Below, one piece after another: positions 28,641-41,660 of a DNA stretch of 64,000 nt. Position numbers and translations under genes: made by a program. The notes below the pieces were generated by a model. The model was not told the DNA's origin, ran no database searches, and worked only from the letters and a program-made list of their open reading frames with translations. How positions within the stretch are numbered: the first letter of the stretch is position 1; every line of letters begins with the position of its first letter. The stretch lies in contig OZ024740.1 in the NCBI GenBank assembly GCA_964016885.1, forward strand, positions 411,184,001 through 411,248,000. The letters run 5' to 3'. The DNA is from Eledone cirrhosa (Eukaryota).

Positions 28641-28744
28641 AATCCCAAAAGAAACCCCACTAACTATGGAGGTCGAACAACCCGACCTTCACAAGAGTCC
28701 GGAAGGTAAGTAAACCTTCCTCTCTCTCTGTTTAACCTGCCAAC

Positions 28745-31700
28745 ATGGCCGTATTAAGAGTAGTATGTTTATATGTTCGAGGCCTGGGATCGTCCTGGAA
28801 GCAGGGTCTCCTGCTCAACGACCTCAGGTCTATAGAAATGGATGTAATTGCAGTCAGCGAGACCAGGATTTCCGACACGCGCGCACTAGCCCCCATTTTC
28901 GACGACTATCAGATCTTTGCATCTATTAGCCAGCCTGGAATGGGAGGCGGAGTGGCAGTGCTGTTTAGGAAAGGCCTGGGTCTCGAGGTAAGGTCGATCT
29001 TCCGAGACCCGGACGGGAAGTTGGTGGTCCTAGACGTGAACAATAATGAAAGTGGTGCCTTTAGACTGGTGGCCGTCTATGCTCCTACTGGGGCAGGACG
29101 GCCGAACTTCTTTAGACGCCTGGAAGCCTTTCTGGGTACGTCTCGCCCTTTACTGTTAGCGGGGGGCTGGAACGGCATCTTAGACGCACGCTGGGACTAT
29201 GTGGGAGTATCCGATAGGAGCGGGGGGTGCAAATGCCTCAAGAACCTGATCAGCCAGTTCCAACTGTCTGAGAGGTACCGACTAGATTTCCCTAATGCGC
29301 CAGTGTGGACCTGGGCTAACCGCATAGGGTCATCTAGATCGTATATAGACAGGATATTCATTAGGAAAATAGACAGAAATAGTGTAAGCTGTGCACGTTT
29401 TGAAACGGTCGCCTATTCAGATCACAAGTTTGTGATCTGTATGGTTGACCTAGATAAGACGCGTAGGTTAGGACATGGTTACTGGAAGCTAAACATGTCA
29501 TTACCGGCACGTAAGGCTTACAGGGACCAGGTCAACCATTTAATTAAGACAATTTGACAGGGGGAGTCGTCAACAATAGATGGTGGGGGGCTCTCAAAAG
29601 AGAGATTAGAGTAATGTCGATAGAGTTTAGCAAAGAAGTAGCATTAGAGAAAAATAGAAAGGAGGGAAAGTTGGTAGATAAGTTAGACGAGGCTATTGGT
29701 AGTGGCATTGCAACTGATGTGCTAGCGGCGAGAATGGCATTAGACCATTTCTTCAATGCGAAACACGAAGGTTGCATTGTCAGAGCTAAGGCACGTGCTC
29801 TGAGAAACGAGGGAACCAAAGCTGTTCGATGGGCACGCGTGGCAGAGGCGCAGCGTGGTAATAAAACCACGATTCGGTCTTTGACGGACCGAGACGGGCT
29901 CGAGCTGAGCGATTACAAGAGAATGTGTGAGGTCTTTCGCCAACATTTTGCTCGGTTGTTCGGGGGAAGTGGCGGGTCAGAGATGGTGGCGGATTTCAGT
30001 CCCTACCTCGATAGCTTGCCGCAACTCTCGACGGCTGACGCTGGGCGCTGCGAAAGGCCAATTACTTCAGCCGAGATTCAGGATGCCCTTGTAGGCTGCA
30101 TGAGGCGCAATTCACCCGGTTTTGATGGTCTGCCCTACGAGCTTTACGTAAATATGCAAGACTTGTTCTCCACATCCTCGAAGCGCTCTACTGCAACTGG
30201 CAGTAAAACGGGAGTATTCCCGGTTCTGTGAGCCGGGGCGTAGTGACGATGATAAGGAAAGACGAGAACAAGAGGGGCACATTAGACAATTTCTGGCCCA
30301 TAACTCTGCTCAACACAGAGTTTAATATTTTGGCCAGGGTGTTAGTGAAGAGGTTGGCGCTTGTCGTCGGGGATTTGGTTGGGGAGGTGCAAATTTGCGC
30401 AATCCCAACCAGGTCCATACACGACAACCTCCACCTAATGCGATACATCATAGAGAGGGTAGGGTGTAAACCTGGCTTCGGTGAGGCTCTGATCAATTTA
30501 GATCAATCGAAAGCATTCGATAGGGTCGACCATCGGTACCTGGAGGCTGTCCTCAAGGCGGCTGGATTCGGCCCCGTCTTCAGAAGCTGGATCGCTGCAA
30601 TGCACAGCAGCACCTGCTCGATGGTCAAAATTAATGGCCACCTCTCGGAACCGTTTCAGGTCTCCCAATCGGTCCGTCAAGGGTGCCCTCCCTCCTCCCT
30701 TCTGTACGTATTGACTCTAGAGCCTTTACTGCGGAAGCTGGAGCTGCTGCAGGGCATCACGCTCGAACCGGGAATCGGAAAGGCTGTGTCGGCTTATGCG
30801 GACGACATCACCGTGATAGTATCGGACACCTCAGAAATCGAGGTGGTCGGCAACTTATTGGAGGAATATGAAAGGTTGACGGGAGCAAAACTTAACCCAG
30901 AAAAGTCAGTGGGCTTGCAACTCGGCACCTGGAGAGGCAAGTCCATGCCGTCCAACAGCGTCATTAGGCGCTGGACGGACGGACCGGTAAAGTTGCTAGG
31001 GGTTTGGTTCGGGCCAGACCTCCAGGTGGATAAGAATTGGGACGAAGTGACGGGCAGGGTAGTCAGTCTCACCCAGAAATGGGCTGGGATGAAGCTATCA
31101 TTGAAAGGTCGGGCGGAGGTGGCGAACGCGTACAACGCATCCTTCATCTACTACCGTCTGACTGTCGTTCCTTGCCCCCGTTCGCGCCTCGCCATCTTGG
31201 AGCGGCTCCTCTTCAAATTCTTGTGGAGGTGTCAGGTTCCGCTGGTGAGGCGGTCCATCTGCTGCCAGCACCCTCTACGTGGAGCGCTGGGAATGCCGTG
31301 GCTAATGATGCGCAGGCACGCGCTGAGGCTGCGGCATCTCCAGATACTCTGCCTACACGGTGAACAGGTGTGGTCGCCGTTTGTCAGACTGGCCTTTCCG
31401 CAGCTCGTTTTTTTGACTGAGTTGCACCCGAGACTGGGTGACTGGCATCTGGAATGTTGCCAGGCACTCACTGCCCTCTACCAGGCGGGAAATTCGGTCA
31501 GTGGAACTTCCACTCTCGAGTTCTATAGAGGATTAGTGGTGGGCAAGTGCGACGACGCACTCGGAGAGGCTCTGTGAGTCAACGAGGTCGAACTAACCAG
31601 TCTGTACCGGAGGACTTTCGAGCCGGGGACGATGGATAATTTCCAAAAATCCCTCGCTTGGCAGTGCTACCGGGGGGCGCTACCGGTTCGAGATAAACTC

Positions 31701-32147
31701 TACAGACACGGAAGTGCTGTCAGACGGACCTGCCCGAGATGCTCGCAGAGCGACGAAACCGTTCTGCACGCACTCGTCCAGTGTCCGTGCATTACTGACT
31801 TGTGGAGTTATGTTGAACAGCTGTTGTCGCGTGTAGAACGGATCCGGCTATCGGCCGAGTCCATAGTGAAGATCGACCCGCCGCCTTCTTTTGGCCAGGA
31901 AGGGCAGGCAATTTTCGTCTGTCTGGTGGCAGTAGCGAAAGAGGTTGTATGGTGGACGAGGTTGAAAGGACTGAAGACAGACACTTTTCTCTTCGGCCAA
32001 TCCCTCATCAACTTTTTCAAGTTTCACTTGGAAAGGAAGGTGAGGGTGGAGAGAGAAGTGCTGCTCCCCGGTACATTTGCTGAAAAGTGGGTGAATGTGG
32101 CGAGAACGGCCCGTGTGAGTGGGCCTACTCTGGTCATGCGGCTGTAG
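28745..32147 (+). pseudogene. Tx1 ORF2b (APE + RT + CCHC zinc finger) of a second subfamily, frameshifted
   Basis: VSETR, VYAP, YIDR, SDH, GYWKLN, LDQSKAFD, AYADD, TCPRCSQSDETVLHALVQC. Confidence 0.92.
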
Positions 32148-32456
32148 GTGGGTACATTTGAAGAGGAGAGGGGTGCCCTTCCAGGGTTCTCTCGAAGCGT
32201 CGGGTCGTTCAGGACTGGTGGGGTACCTGAGCGAACCCTAGGTGGTCTTCCCCCCTATTGGGGAATGTTTTCATGTTGTAATTTTCTTGTTACTTTATTG
32301 TTACTTTGTTATTGTTACTTTGTTTATTCATATTGTTTACTCGATTTTTCTGTAAAACCCCACTGTCCCAGTCTTTTGTATTGTCCCTATATGTCGGCCC
32401 TTGTGGCCAATAAATGAAATCATTATTATTATTATTAATATTATTATTATTATTAT

Positions 32457-32495
<39 letters not shown>

Positions 32496-33779
32496 CAGGA
32501 ACAGCAGTAGTATTGAAATCGGTAGATCAGACGAAAAGCTATTGAAATATTAATTATATCTCAACTTGCCATTCCTCCATCTGAGGCCAATAAATTGAGC
32601 ATCATTAATATTTCTGTGTGATAATTATAATGAATACAGATATCTGATTAACCGATAGAAGCTATGAAATCATTCTTCTGTAATTTGATCTCATCCTTTC
32701 ATTTTTGTAAAACACCTTATTTTAAGCTGTTTCGATTAATTTCACCAAATATTACGATTCTTATAACCGAGTTACATAATTGATTTAGTTATATCATTAC
32801 AGATGAGCTAACTTGTGAATCGCACAGTTTTACGCTATAGCTATGTAGTTAAGTATCTTCTTTTATAAGCAATGGTTATTCCAAGGGAAAAGAACATTTC
32901 TGATAAATATATACCTATCACACGGCTTAACACAAGCATCCAATAAGAAGAATAATGCTCACATAAAAGTAATACTGACAGTGGTGCTACCTTGCTATAA
33001 TTGATTAACCTAGAAGTCACAACGAAATTTAATCGATATAATATTGCAACAATTTACAGAATTAAATCTACGTTTTATATATCTATCGCCAGAAATAAAC
33101 CGTCTCAGGACAGAGGAGAAATAATGGCTTCTAAAGAGGAAACACGAAGACCACCAAAGATTGGATTGACACAAATCGGAAATCTATTATCACAGCTGAA
33201 ACAATGTAGACAGGAGTGGTAGTGCATATGTGCTTTAAAGAGACACTACTTTCACAGGAAGTAAGCCATACTCTGATTCCAAACAGACATGTCTGTCATT
33301 TTCAAAGTAATTTCAAGTATAACTTAAACTATCGTCTATCCGCCATTTGCTTTTTCATGCTAGTGGCATTGAAATCTTACAAGAAATAGATGTTTCTCGA
33401 TTTTATTCCTAGTGCCAACCATATACAAACATCTAATTGGCATATGACATGCGTATGTCATAAAACAATAGTTGCCATTTAATCAATAATTATTTTAATG
33501 CTGTTTTCCAACTATATTCTGATTAAGAGCAGAACAATACTGACAAATGAAGGTTCCTTATAGCACGCCAGTCGTAGAGTTCGAACACACGACTATGAAA
33601 GAGGTTCAAAGTTATCACAATTCTTAACGTAGGAAGTTATATATCAGAAATTTGCAACAAAAGTAGCCACTGATCATCAATTGCACTATTATGCCTGAAC
33701 ATAGATATTTAGATAAACTGGTGGTGGGGCTCGGGGCTTGGCAAGTCAAGTACTAGAAACAATTCCTTCAGCAATTACG

Positions 33780-34058
33780 ACGCTGGTGCAGTCAGCGACT
33801 CACCCAGGTACTGCTGCACGTCGGACTGAGGAGGCAAAACTCTTCAAATACCGCTCAATATCCGACAGATTTGCGGCTGTACCCTTGGCAGTGGAGACTA
33901 CTAGTGTCCTCAGCCCTACGGCTACCTCCCTACTCACCACCATAGGCGCTGAGCTGGCCAGCCGCAGGTGTGAGCCTCGCGAGCTGGAATGGCTTTTCCA
34001 GCGCGTCTCCCATGCCGTCCTCCGGGGAAACGCATTCTTCATTCTGTCCACCGGGGCT
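33780..34058 (+). mobile_element. CRE-clade RLE retrotransposon 3' fragment
   Basis: AARRTEEAKLFKY...VPLAVET...WLFQRVSHAVLRGNA resembles CRE-type RLE C-termini; local GC-rich island. Confidence 0.75.
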
Positions 34059-34639
34059 GTGATACGTTTAAAGTATTCAGCCTTACCTACAAGTGTACCA
34101 ACATATAGTAGATGTATTCAATCTAATTCATCTAAATCCTTTTGGGAATTAAGTCGGTTAGCCTTAAATGATGTAGGCTGTTGGCTATGTGACTGAAATA
34201 ATCGGCGATTCAATTGAAATTGTGAAATTTTACTACGCTGAAATTACCATCTACTAACTTGAGTGTTTTGGGCTGTAATATAGATAGCATTACTACAAGG
34301 TGGTGGCATTAACACGAACAAACAGAACTCCAGATGGTGTCTTAGTGGTGACGCTCTAAATCACATCTTTTAAACCTAGTAGAGCTCATTAAACTTTGGG
34401 TCTCAACACAACCGATTTCATTGCTACTTAATTCATCTAGATATGATTACGTTTCCTTTCCAACATACTGAATGAGCTAACATCCGATGATTCCATATTC
34501 TATTCCTGGACCCAGTGTATTTACATGATTTGATGATTCAGGGCTCACGACCTGACACTATTTACAAGATTACTTGCTAAGATCGACTTATGAATGAAGA
34601 CGTTTTATGAGATATATCAATGCCTCAATGCAGAATTCG

Positions 34640-34714
<75 letters not shown>

Positions 34715-34868
34715 GCATGGGGTTAACCGAACAGAGATGTGCGGACCACATTATGGTCTGTCATTTGTGAAGCAGATAAAAAGAAGCGCTCAGTGGCCTG
34801 TATAAATGGTGCAAGTCGGAGCATTATCTATCAATAAAAGATCGGAGGCCATATTCAGTTGATGCAGG

Positions 34869-34951
34869 TTTTAAATACGATGTATGCTTAACCAAATCGT
34901 CATAAAAACTGAATTTCTGATGATTTGGTTAAGCATACATCATATTTAAAA
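34869..34951. repeat. Inverted repeat, 34-bp arms, 15-nt spacer
   Basis: TTTTAAATACGATGTATGCTTAACCAAATCGTCA / TGATGATTTGGTTAAGCATACATCATATTTAAAA. Confidence 0.85.
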
Positions 34952-35068
34952 TTGAGTGAGACAACTTCAAGTGATTAGCAATTTTAAGACAACTTAATCA
35001 ATGAAACAATTGTTGATACTGTAAATGAAACCCTTCTTGTACTGTTGCCCATGTTATTCTTCACTCTT

Positions 35069-35159
<91 letters not shown>

Positions 35160-35590
35160 ATATGTATATGTATATATATCCGGGAGAGATGACCCATTAG
35201 CCTTTGTCAAGGCAGAATTCTAGGAGAAGGAAAACTCTGATATAACACCTACAACCCTGATGGTATCCAATGATGTTGACTTGTTCTTCTTTTTGGTAAA
35301 TATCATCTTGGTTAAGAGAGTGGGACTGGCTTTGTGCATTGCCTTTGCTCACTATAAAAGCTCCACGGCACAGGCATTCCTTTATATCTGGAGATCTCTC
35401 TGCACTTGTCGTCACATGGTACAATGGGCCCAGCACTATGTGTCAATAATTGTTACAAGTGTAGTGTTTGTACCAGAGTTTTCAAGTCGCTGGCTGGACT
35501 AAAAAGTTACACTCGTTCAGTGCATCGGTAGGGGTTCTCCTACATGGATATAAAGTAGTGGCCGTACTCGAAAATGAATTGGCAGCCACC

Positions 35591-35653
<63 letters not shown>

Positions 35654-35692
35654 CGAAACATAAATCAATTGCATGAACTCATAATCCTTTAT

Positions 35693-35752
35693 TTACTGAT
35701 ATATATATTTCGATGATAGCCATTGAATGGCTATGACCTCATCAGGCAGTTA
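35693..35752 (-). ncRNA. Type I hammerhead ribozyme motif
   Basis: rc: ACTGC-CTGATGA-GGTCATAGCCA-TTCAA-TGGCTATCATC-GAAATATATATA-TCAGT. Confidence 0.7.
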
Positions 35753-37410
35753 GTCAGTTCTTAGATATGCCAGCTCTGTGTTTATAGTGTTGATGGTATC
35801 AGAGCCTTGGGACATATCATATATATATATTATTATTATTAAAATTGTTATGGTAGCTTTCTATCGGTTTCACTCTTTTATCTCTGTTCTTTTATTGTAT
35901 TTTCTCCAATTCTTATCATCTTGGCACTTATATCTTACACGCATTATCGGACCTCCAAATAACCAAATTTATTTTCTAATTGTATTTGTATTTCACATTC
36001 CACAATGATTTAAGCAAACTGCAACACTTTATTATCCTTACACCTGACCCAGGAGTAGTTTGCAACCGTGAAGGGACTTTGTAGATTATCGGAAAACGAG
36101 CAAGGATTATTTGCTAGATTAACTTCCTCAAGTTTTGTCTGATGAACGATGTGATGCCCAACATTATCAAGAACATCTGTCTCCCTCGACATCTCCGTTC
36201 TTCAGGTTTTATTAACTATATACACCATACACACCTACATGATAACAATCCCACGACATTTACACCGCCAATTCCACATACACACATGGACACTCTTGTT
36301 ACTTAGAACAACATGGGATAACCTTCTCCATAAAACTACAGCCACTATCGACCAGTGCTACCATGTTAGAACCAGTAAGAACCGACCACTAATATGCGCA
36401 ACCGAATTGAGTCTACAGGAACGTATTGTACGTTTTATGTAGCCTGTCAAAACATATGTCGGTCAATTAAATGTACAATTGATAGACATGGTTGTTTTGA
36501 TTTGATGTTCTACTCGGATTACTGTAACCCATGCACGTAAACACCACAGACTGATCATCTAGCATTCCGGCTTTTCGCTAATGTGCTACTCTAACTTTTA
36601 ACCCTGCTAATGTTTAATGTTATATTGATGGTTGTGAAGTATAAACAACATTTCAGATTTAGAAATTGTAAAGCGGCCAATCCTATTTTCAGTTACTTCC
36701 CAGATATAATAGTATAATTTATCCAATGACAAAAAACTTTCATGAAATAGGTATGTGATGAAACAGTCACTAAGTGACAAACTGCAGATTACAGAAGAGA
36801 AATTTGTTTTATGCTATATTTATCTTTTTAATATATCGTAAAAGAGGATATGAATATTTTTATTTTTTCGGAAGGTGCAGTATTTTTAACATAATTCAAA
36901 AATTGCTAGGTGAAGTCGTGCAAAATGCACGAACTGAAAGTGTGTTGTGTTATTTTATTATGTGTTAATCTTGTAATGTGTATGTTATGTGAGTTGCCTC
37001 ATTTTATTATGTGTTTGTTGTGTAGAGATGTTGTTGTGTTTGGTGATTGTATTGTTTTACGTTCTGCTATCCTCTTGAGCAAGACATCGGCTACTCCCAG
37101 CAGAGTATTGTTATTAATATTTGTATGTGCTCTTCTCAGGAAATACGTCAATTGTGACTCTCAGGATGATACAAAAGACAAAAGACGGTGATGATGACGA
37201 ACCCTGTTGCTTATATAAATTAGCATTGTCATTATAATGATAAACGTAATGGAAAATATAATAGTGGTGGTATTTGTGTTGATGATTACAACGACGACAA
37301 TGGTTAAAATGAAGGTGACAATGAAGATGAAGATGATACTGGTGATGCTGCTGCTGATGGTGATGTTGATGACGATGGGTAAAGATGACTATGATGAGCG
37401 TAGTCTTTGT

Positions 37411-37505
<95 letters not shown>

Positions 37506-37609
37506 TCATATATATATATATATATATTCATATATATATATATATATATTCATATATATATATATATATATATATTCATATATATACATATATATACATA
37601 TATACATAT

Positions 37610-38530
37610 ATAATGAGGCCTTTGACACCATCCTACAGAACATCCCTGTATTAAAAAAGGACCATAGAAAACCAAATCCTTCGAACACACGATATCATAA
37701 AGAGCAAAAGAAAATCTAAGACAATGAAAAACATCCTAACACATGCCAAAGTACTGCCAACCATAACAACGAAATCCACAGTAAAAAAATGCGATAGACC
37801 TAACTGTGGTACATGCATCAACCTAATAGAGGTTTCTGAATTCTATTTCAAGCAAGGACAACGTTTTCACAATTTCACATGCGCATCAGTAAACCTAATA
37901 TATGTATTAACTTGCTCAGGTTGTCGAGAACAATACATAGGCCAGACTAAAAACAGCCTCCGCCAACGCATGACTGTCCATAGATCCAAAATCAAAATAC
38001 GGGAATACACAAAAATTAGCACTGAGTTAACACATTGATACTTGTGCCGCCCCAAATCATCCCAACTTTAGAATCTTTCCCCTCTATAAATTTAAAGATA
38101 ATGCCACCTACACCCAGCGCATCAGCAAGGAATCTCACTTTATTAACAAATACGGACCCCGTCTAAACACTTCTTCCAAAGACGAACCCACAACTTACAC
38201 ACGTCAACATACATACCTACATCAGTATACATCCTACATACATTTCTATCCACATATAAACACAATGACATACGTAAACACACATGTTCTATGGTGTAAC
38301 ACAAATATACACAAATTCGCATACCTTTTGATGTTTATAGATATACACTTGTCGATACGCACACATACACACGCGCACACATATATTGCACATTGATCGG
38401 TGCATACATATTTGTACACAAGTATCCCATACGGCAGGGCCTAATGGATTCCCCTTGCAGTACGTACAATCTGGACTCACACACGCCTTGTTGTTATGAC
38501 AATACTCTACATCATTTCACCTCTTTTATT
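37610..38530 (+). mobile_element. 5'-truncated Neptune-type Penelope (GIY-YIG), related to the 9070 copy
   Basis: CDRPNCGTCINLIE...NLIYVLTCSGCREQYIGQTKNSLRQRMTVH. Confidence 0.88.
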
Positions 38531-39195
38531 ATTGACTAGCAGAGGTAACCGGCGTTGCCCGGTATAACTCTCAATGGAGTAGTCGTTCAAATGAACCGAA
38601 AGACTTCCCTTAAACATGACTATAGAAGTAACAATTTATAGGTGTTGGCCCTAAAGAGGGCCTTTGAACGTTCACTTTGAAATATCTCTGTGGCGGTGCT
38701 GCCAGCAAAGACGAATCCGATGATAACAATTTAAAGTTGGTGGCCCTAAAGAGAGCCTTGGATCGTTAACTCTTAAAAGTCTCAGCCGCGGTGCTGTCAG
38801 CAAAGACGACTCCGATTCGAGGTGGTGGCCCTTAAGAAGTCCTTCACACCACTTTGTAATGTCGTATTTGCTTTGCTTGTTATTTGAGATTGTAACCTAG
38901 AAAAGCATGTAACAGCCGGGGGCCACAAAAACGGCCTTGACAAGATCACGATGGAATGTCAAAAAAATGTGTAAATAAGATGTAGGGAAAAGGAGATTAA
39001 TTAAAACTACGGAACACCGATAGCAAAGCGTAATAGCAACATATAAATGCGGAAAACGGAGACATTGAACATTTATAACGTATAGCAAAAGCAACCTCAG
39101 AGGCGTACGTGGTATTGTCAAAAGGACAAAAATAGCACACGGATACAGCAAATGTAAGCACAAAAACAGCGATTACTTGTTGGCGGATTGGGTGC

Positions 39196-39740
39196 CTACA
39201 AAACCTCCTTATAGACTATATTTTGGGTTTTCTCGCGAGTTGAAAAAGCAAATAGGTTATGTCGGCTCCCCACTCGAGAGCAGCCAACAGATAGTTGACC
39301 ATGGGAGGAGCACGGTTCTTCTAGATTAAGCCCTACGACCGTCAGCGTCTGACCCTGTGATTTGTTAATCGACATGGCCAAACTGAGCCGGCGAGCGAAT
39401 TGCAGCCTTCTGAATGTGAAAGGAATGTCTTTACCGGATGGAATTCGAGGTATCCTTGGTATGAAGACAGTATCCCCCTTACCACATTCCGTAAGTATTG
39501 TTGCCTCAATAACACCAGGCATCACCTTTTAGACGGCCAGACGCGTGCCGTTGGAAGCCTTCGGGGTTCCAAATTCCTGAGGAGCATAACAGGGGCACCT
39601 TGCTTAAGTCGCAGTAAGTGTGGTGGCAATCCGGGAGAGTCTAGGGAGTGAAGAAATTCTGTGGGGTAATTAACAACTTCGTCCGGATCAGCCATAAAGT
39701 CAAGGGACTTGTAGACGTGCAGGTTTCCAGGCAAGCACAG
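39196..39740 (-). pseudogene. Helitron PIF1-like helicase C-terminus, frameshifted
   Basis: [30 protein letters not shown]; VFIPRI; RRLQF; AMSINKSQGQT; HGQLSVGCSRV. Confidence 0.92.
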
Positions 39741-40367
39741 CGTAGTCGGAGGAGGGGTCGTAGTTAAAGGCCTTCAAAATCCATCGTGAATTGCGAGTCC
39801 TAGAAATGCCACGTAACGATGATCGCCGCTGTTCACTTTGCAGAAGTCGGCTACTTCGTTGCTCTATGGTTTCAGTATTTCGTCCAGCAGCAGTGTTAGA
39901 GGCGTCTCTGCTTCGTTGAACGGCGCGTCGTCCTTCATTCTCTCGAGCACGTGCAGCGGATGTTGCACTGGCGTTCCTACTTCGTCGAACGGCGCGTCGT
40001 CCTTCATCCTCTTGAGCGTGAGCAGCGGCTGTTGCAGTGGCGTCCCTGCTTCGTTGGACGGCGCGTCGTCCTTCATCCTCTCCTGTGTGAGCAGTGGCTG
40101 TTGCAGTGGCGCCCTGCTTCGTCGAACGGCGCGTCGTTCCTCAGCTTCTCGAGCGCGAGCAGCAGCAGCAGCAGTCGCGGCACCATTTTTGTTCCGTCGA
40201 AGTTCACGCCGACTGTAATACTCCTCCGATCTTGCAGCTGACGTCTGCACAGCATTCTGTGAGAGCCTGTTCGCAGTCGCATTTACATCTTCGGTGAGCC
40301 GCCTTCGCTTAGACTTACTTGCATCAATAGATAATCGACCAATGAAAGTTCTTTTCTTGGGGGGCAT
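39741..40367 (-). pseudogene. Helitron RepHel N-terminus with 69-bp coding repeats
   Basis: MPPKKR start, Arg-rich repeat units at 39911/39980/40049/40117, [10 protein letters not shown] just before the deletion junction. Confidence 0.75.
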
Positions 40368-41505
40368 TGTTTTTAGAAAATTAACCAGGGAGAACGATAA
40401 ATAGTGGACAAATAACGTTTAAGTAAGCAAATCTAAACGCGGATATAAATTGTGAAAAAATGTGATAAATCTATGTGGTCTGAGAAAGTGGGTATGTTTT
40501 GCAAGATTTTGTCTACTAATCAAATTTCAGCTTTTAGGTTAGGGGCAACGCAGCGTACCTGTGATAAAGGAAATTAAATAGTGTGGCTATAGTGGTAGGT
40601 ATATAAGTGTCAGTATGTTTGTTCAGTTCGAACATAGCAATAAGTAAGTACTAGCCATTGAAAGGATACAGGCAAAAATGGCCGAAATATCACAGCATGA
40701 TAAACTGGAACCTTATGACCATAAACACATTAACTAAACCTCCTTTAAGGTGACAAATGTTGAAGAAGCATGCGTTTCAGAAATATGGGGTAGCTTATGA
40801 TAGTACGCATGTACAAAAAGCTACCACTTGTCAAAAGCCAAACAAGAAGTGTGATCCTAGGTCGGACTTGACCGGTATAAATAGGAGTGATTTCGCTCAA
40901 TGAACAACACTCGAGATTAATTTTGGTGAAGATGGGAGGAAAACTGCAGGAATTATGGGCCTTTATGCAGTAGTACTGCTGACTCCAAGCGAGAGGCTTA
41001 AGGGGGTTATCTTCCTAGGAGGGGGGAGGGCACAATCGATGTACGGAAAATTAAAATAGCCTACGACGCGTAATAGGACTTCAGACACCTATGTATGAAA
41101 TTTGGTGCAAATCGGTTGTAACATGTAGAAATGCATGCGGTTACACAAAGAGACAGACATCTTCTGTTTTATATATATAGATGTTATTGATGTTCTTTTG
41201 AGAGAATCGTTTTTGCAAATGACTGAAAATATCGAATAATGTACGGCATTTTTACCAGTACCACAAAACTACTGGTCCATCCACACACACACACTTCTCC
41301 GTATAAGACAAGAGCTGAAAAATATGTTTCAACATGTTAAAATAACCCCCCCCCCCCCCGACCGATTCAATATCCATTATCACAACAATGAACCACTTTG
41401 CTACACACACACACATATTTGTCTTAATAGACACCTGAACTGTTGACCTCTCAGCATGACTGCAACTCAATGAAGCGGAAAAGGGCACTCTTCGACAAAC
41501 CTACA

Positions 41506-41660
41506 TTTGGCGCGAAACCAGTTCGCGCTAAAATCAATTTAAACATTCACGTGACTTCTACCGACCAATCAAAATTGTTTTAACTAAACAATTTTTGCAA
41601 CACGAATTGGTGCGAAATTTATAGTGCTTTTTCACGTGACATTCAACAACCAACCAAATC
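41506..41660. promoter_or_regulatory. Duplicated E2F / E-box / CCAAT motif cluster
   Basis: TTTGGCGCGAAA 41506, TTCGCGCTAAA 41522, CACGTGAC 41548 and 41633, CCAAT 41565, TTGGTGCGAAA 41607. Confidence 0.4.

Larger units (their letters stand above)
24227..32457 (+). mobile_element. Composite Tx1-like LINE: 5' UTR-ORF1-ORF2a (truncated at 28640)-ORF2b-3' UTR-(TTA)n
   Basis: 5' end GGCGACCTACGTAG identical to the copy at 62740; (TTA)n at both ends; two EN-RT cassettes. Confidence 0.9.
38536..41181 (-). mobile_element. Non-autonomous (internally deleted) Helitron with both termini
   Basis: 5' TCTATATATATAAAA at 41181; 3' hairpin ACCGGGCAACGCCGGT then CTAG at 38536; inserted between A and T; RepHel remnants inside. 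Confidence 0.92.

Noticed and set aside
26717-31471. Antisense ORFs over Tx1 and Dong ORFs (also 47-49 and 57-64 kb)
   Set aside because: Shadows of the sense reading frame; no independent motifs
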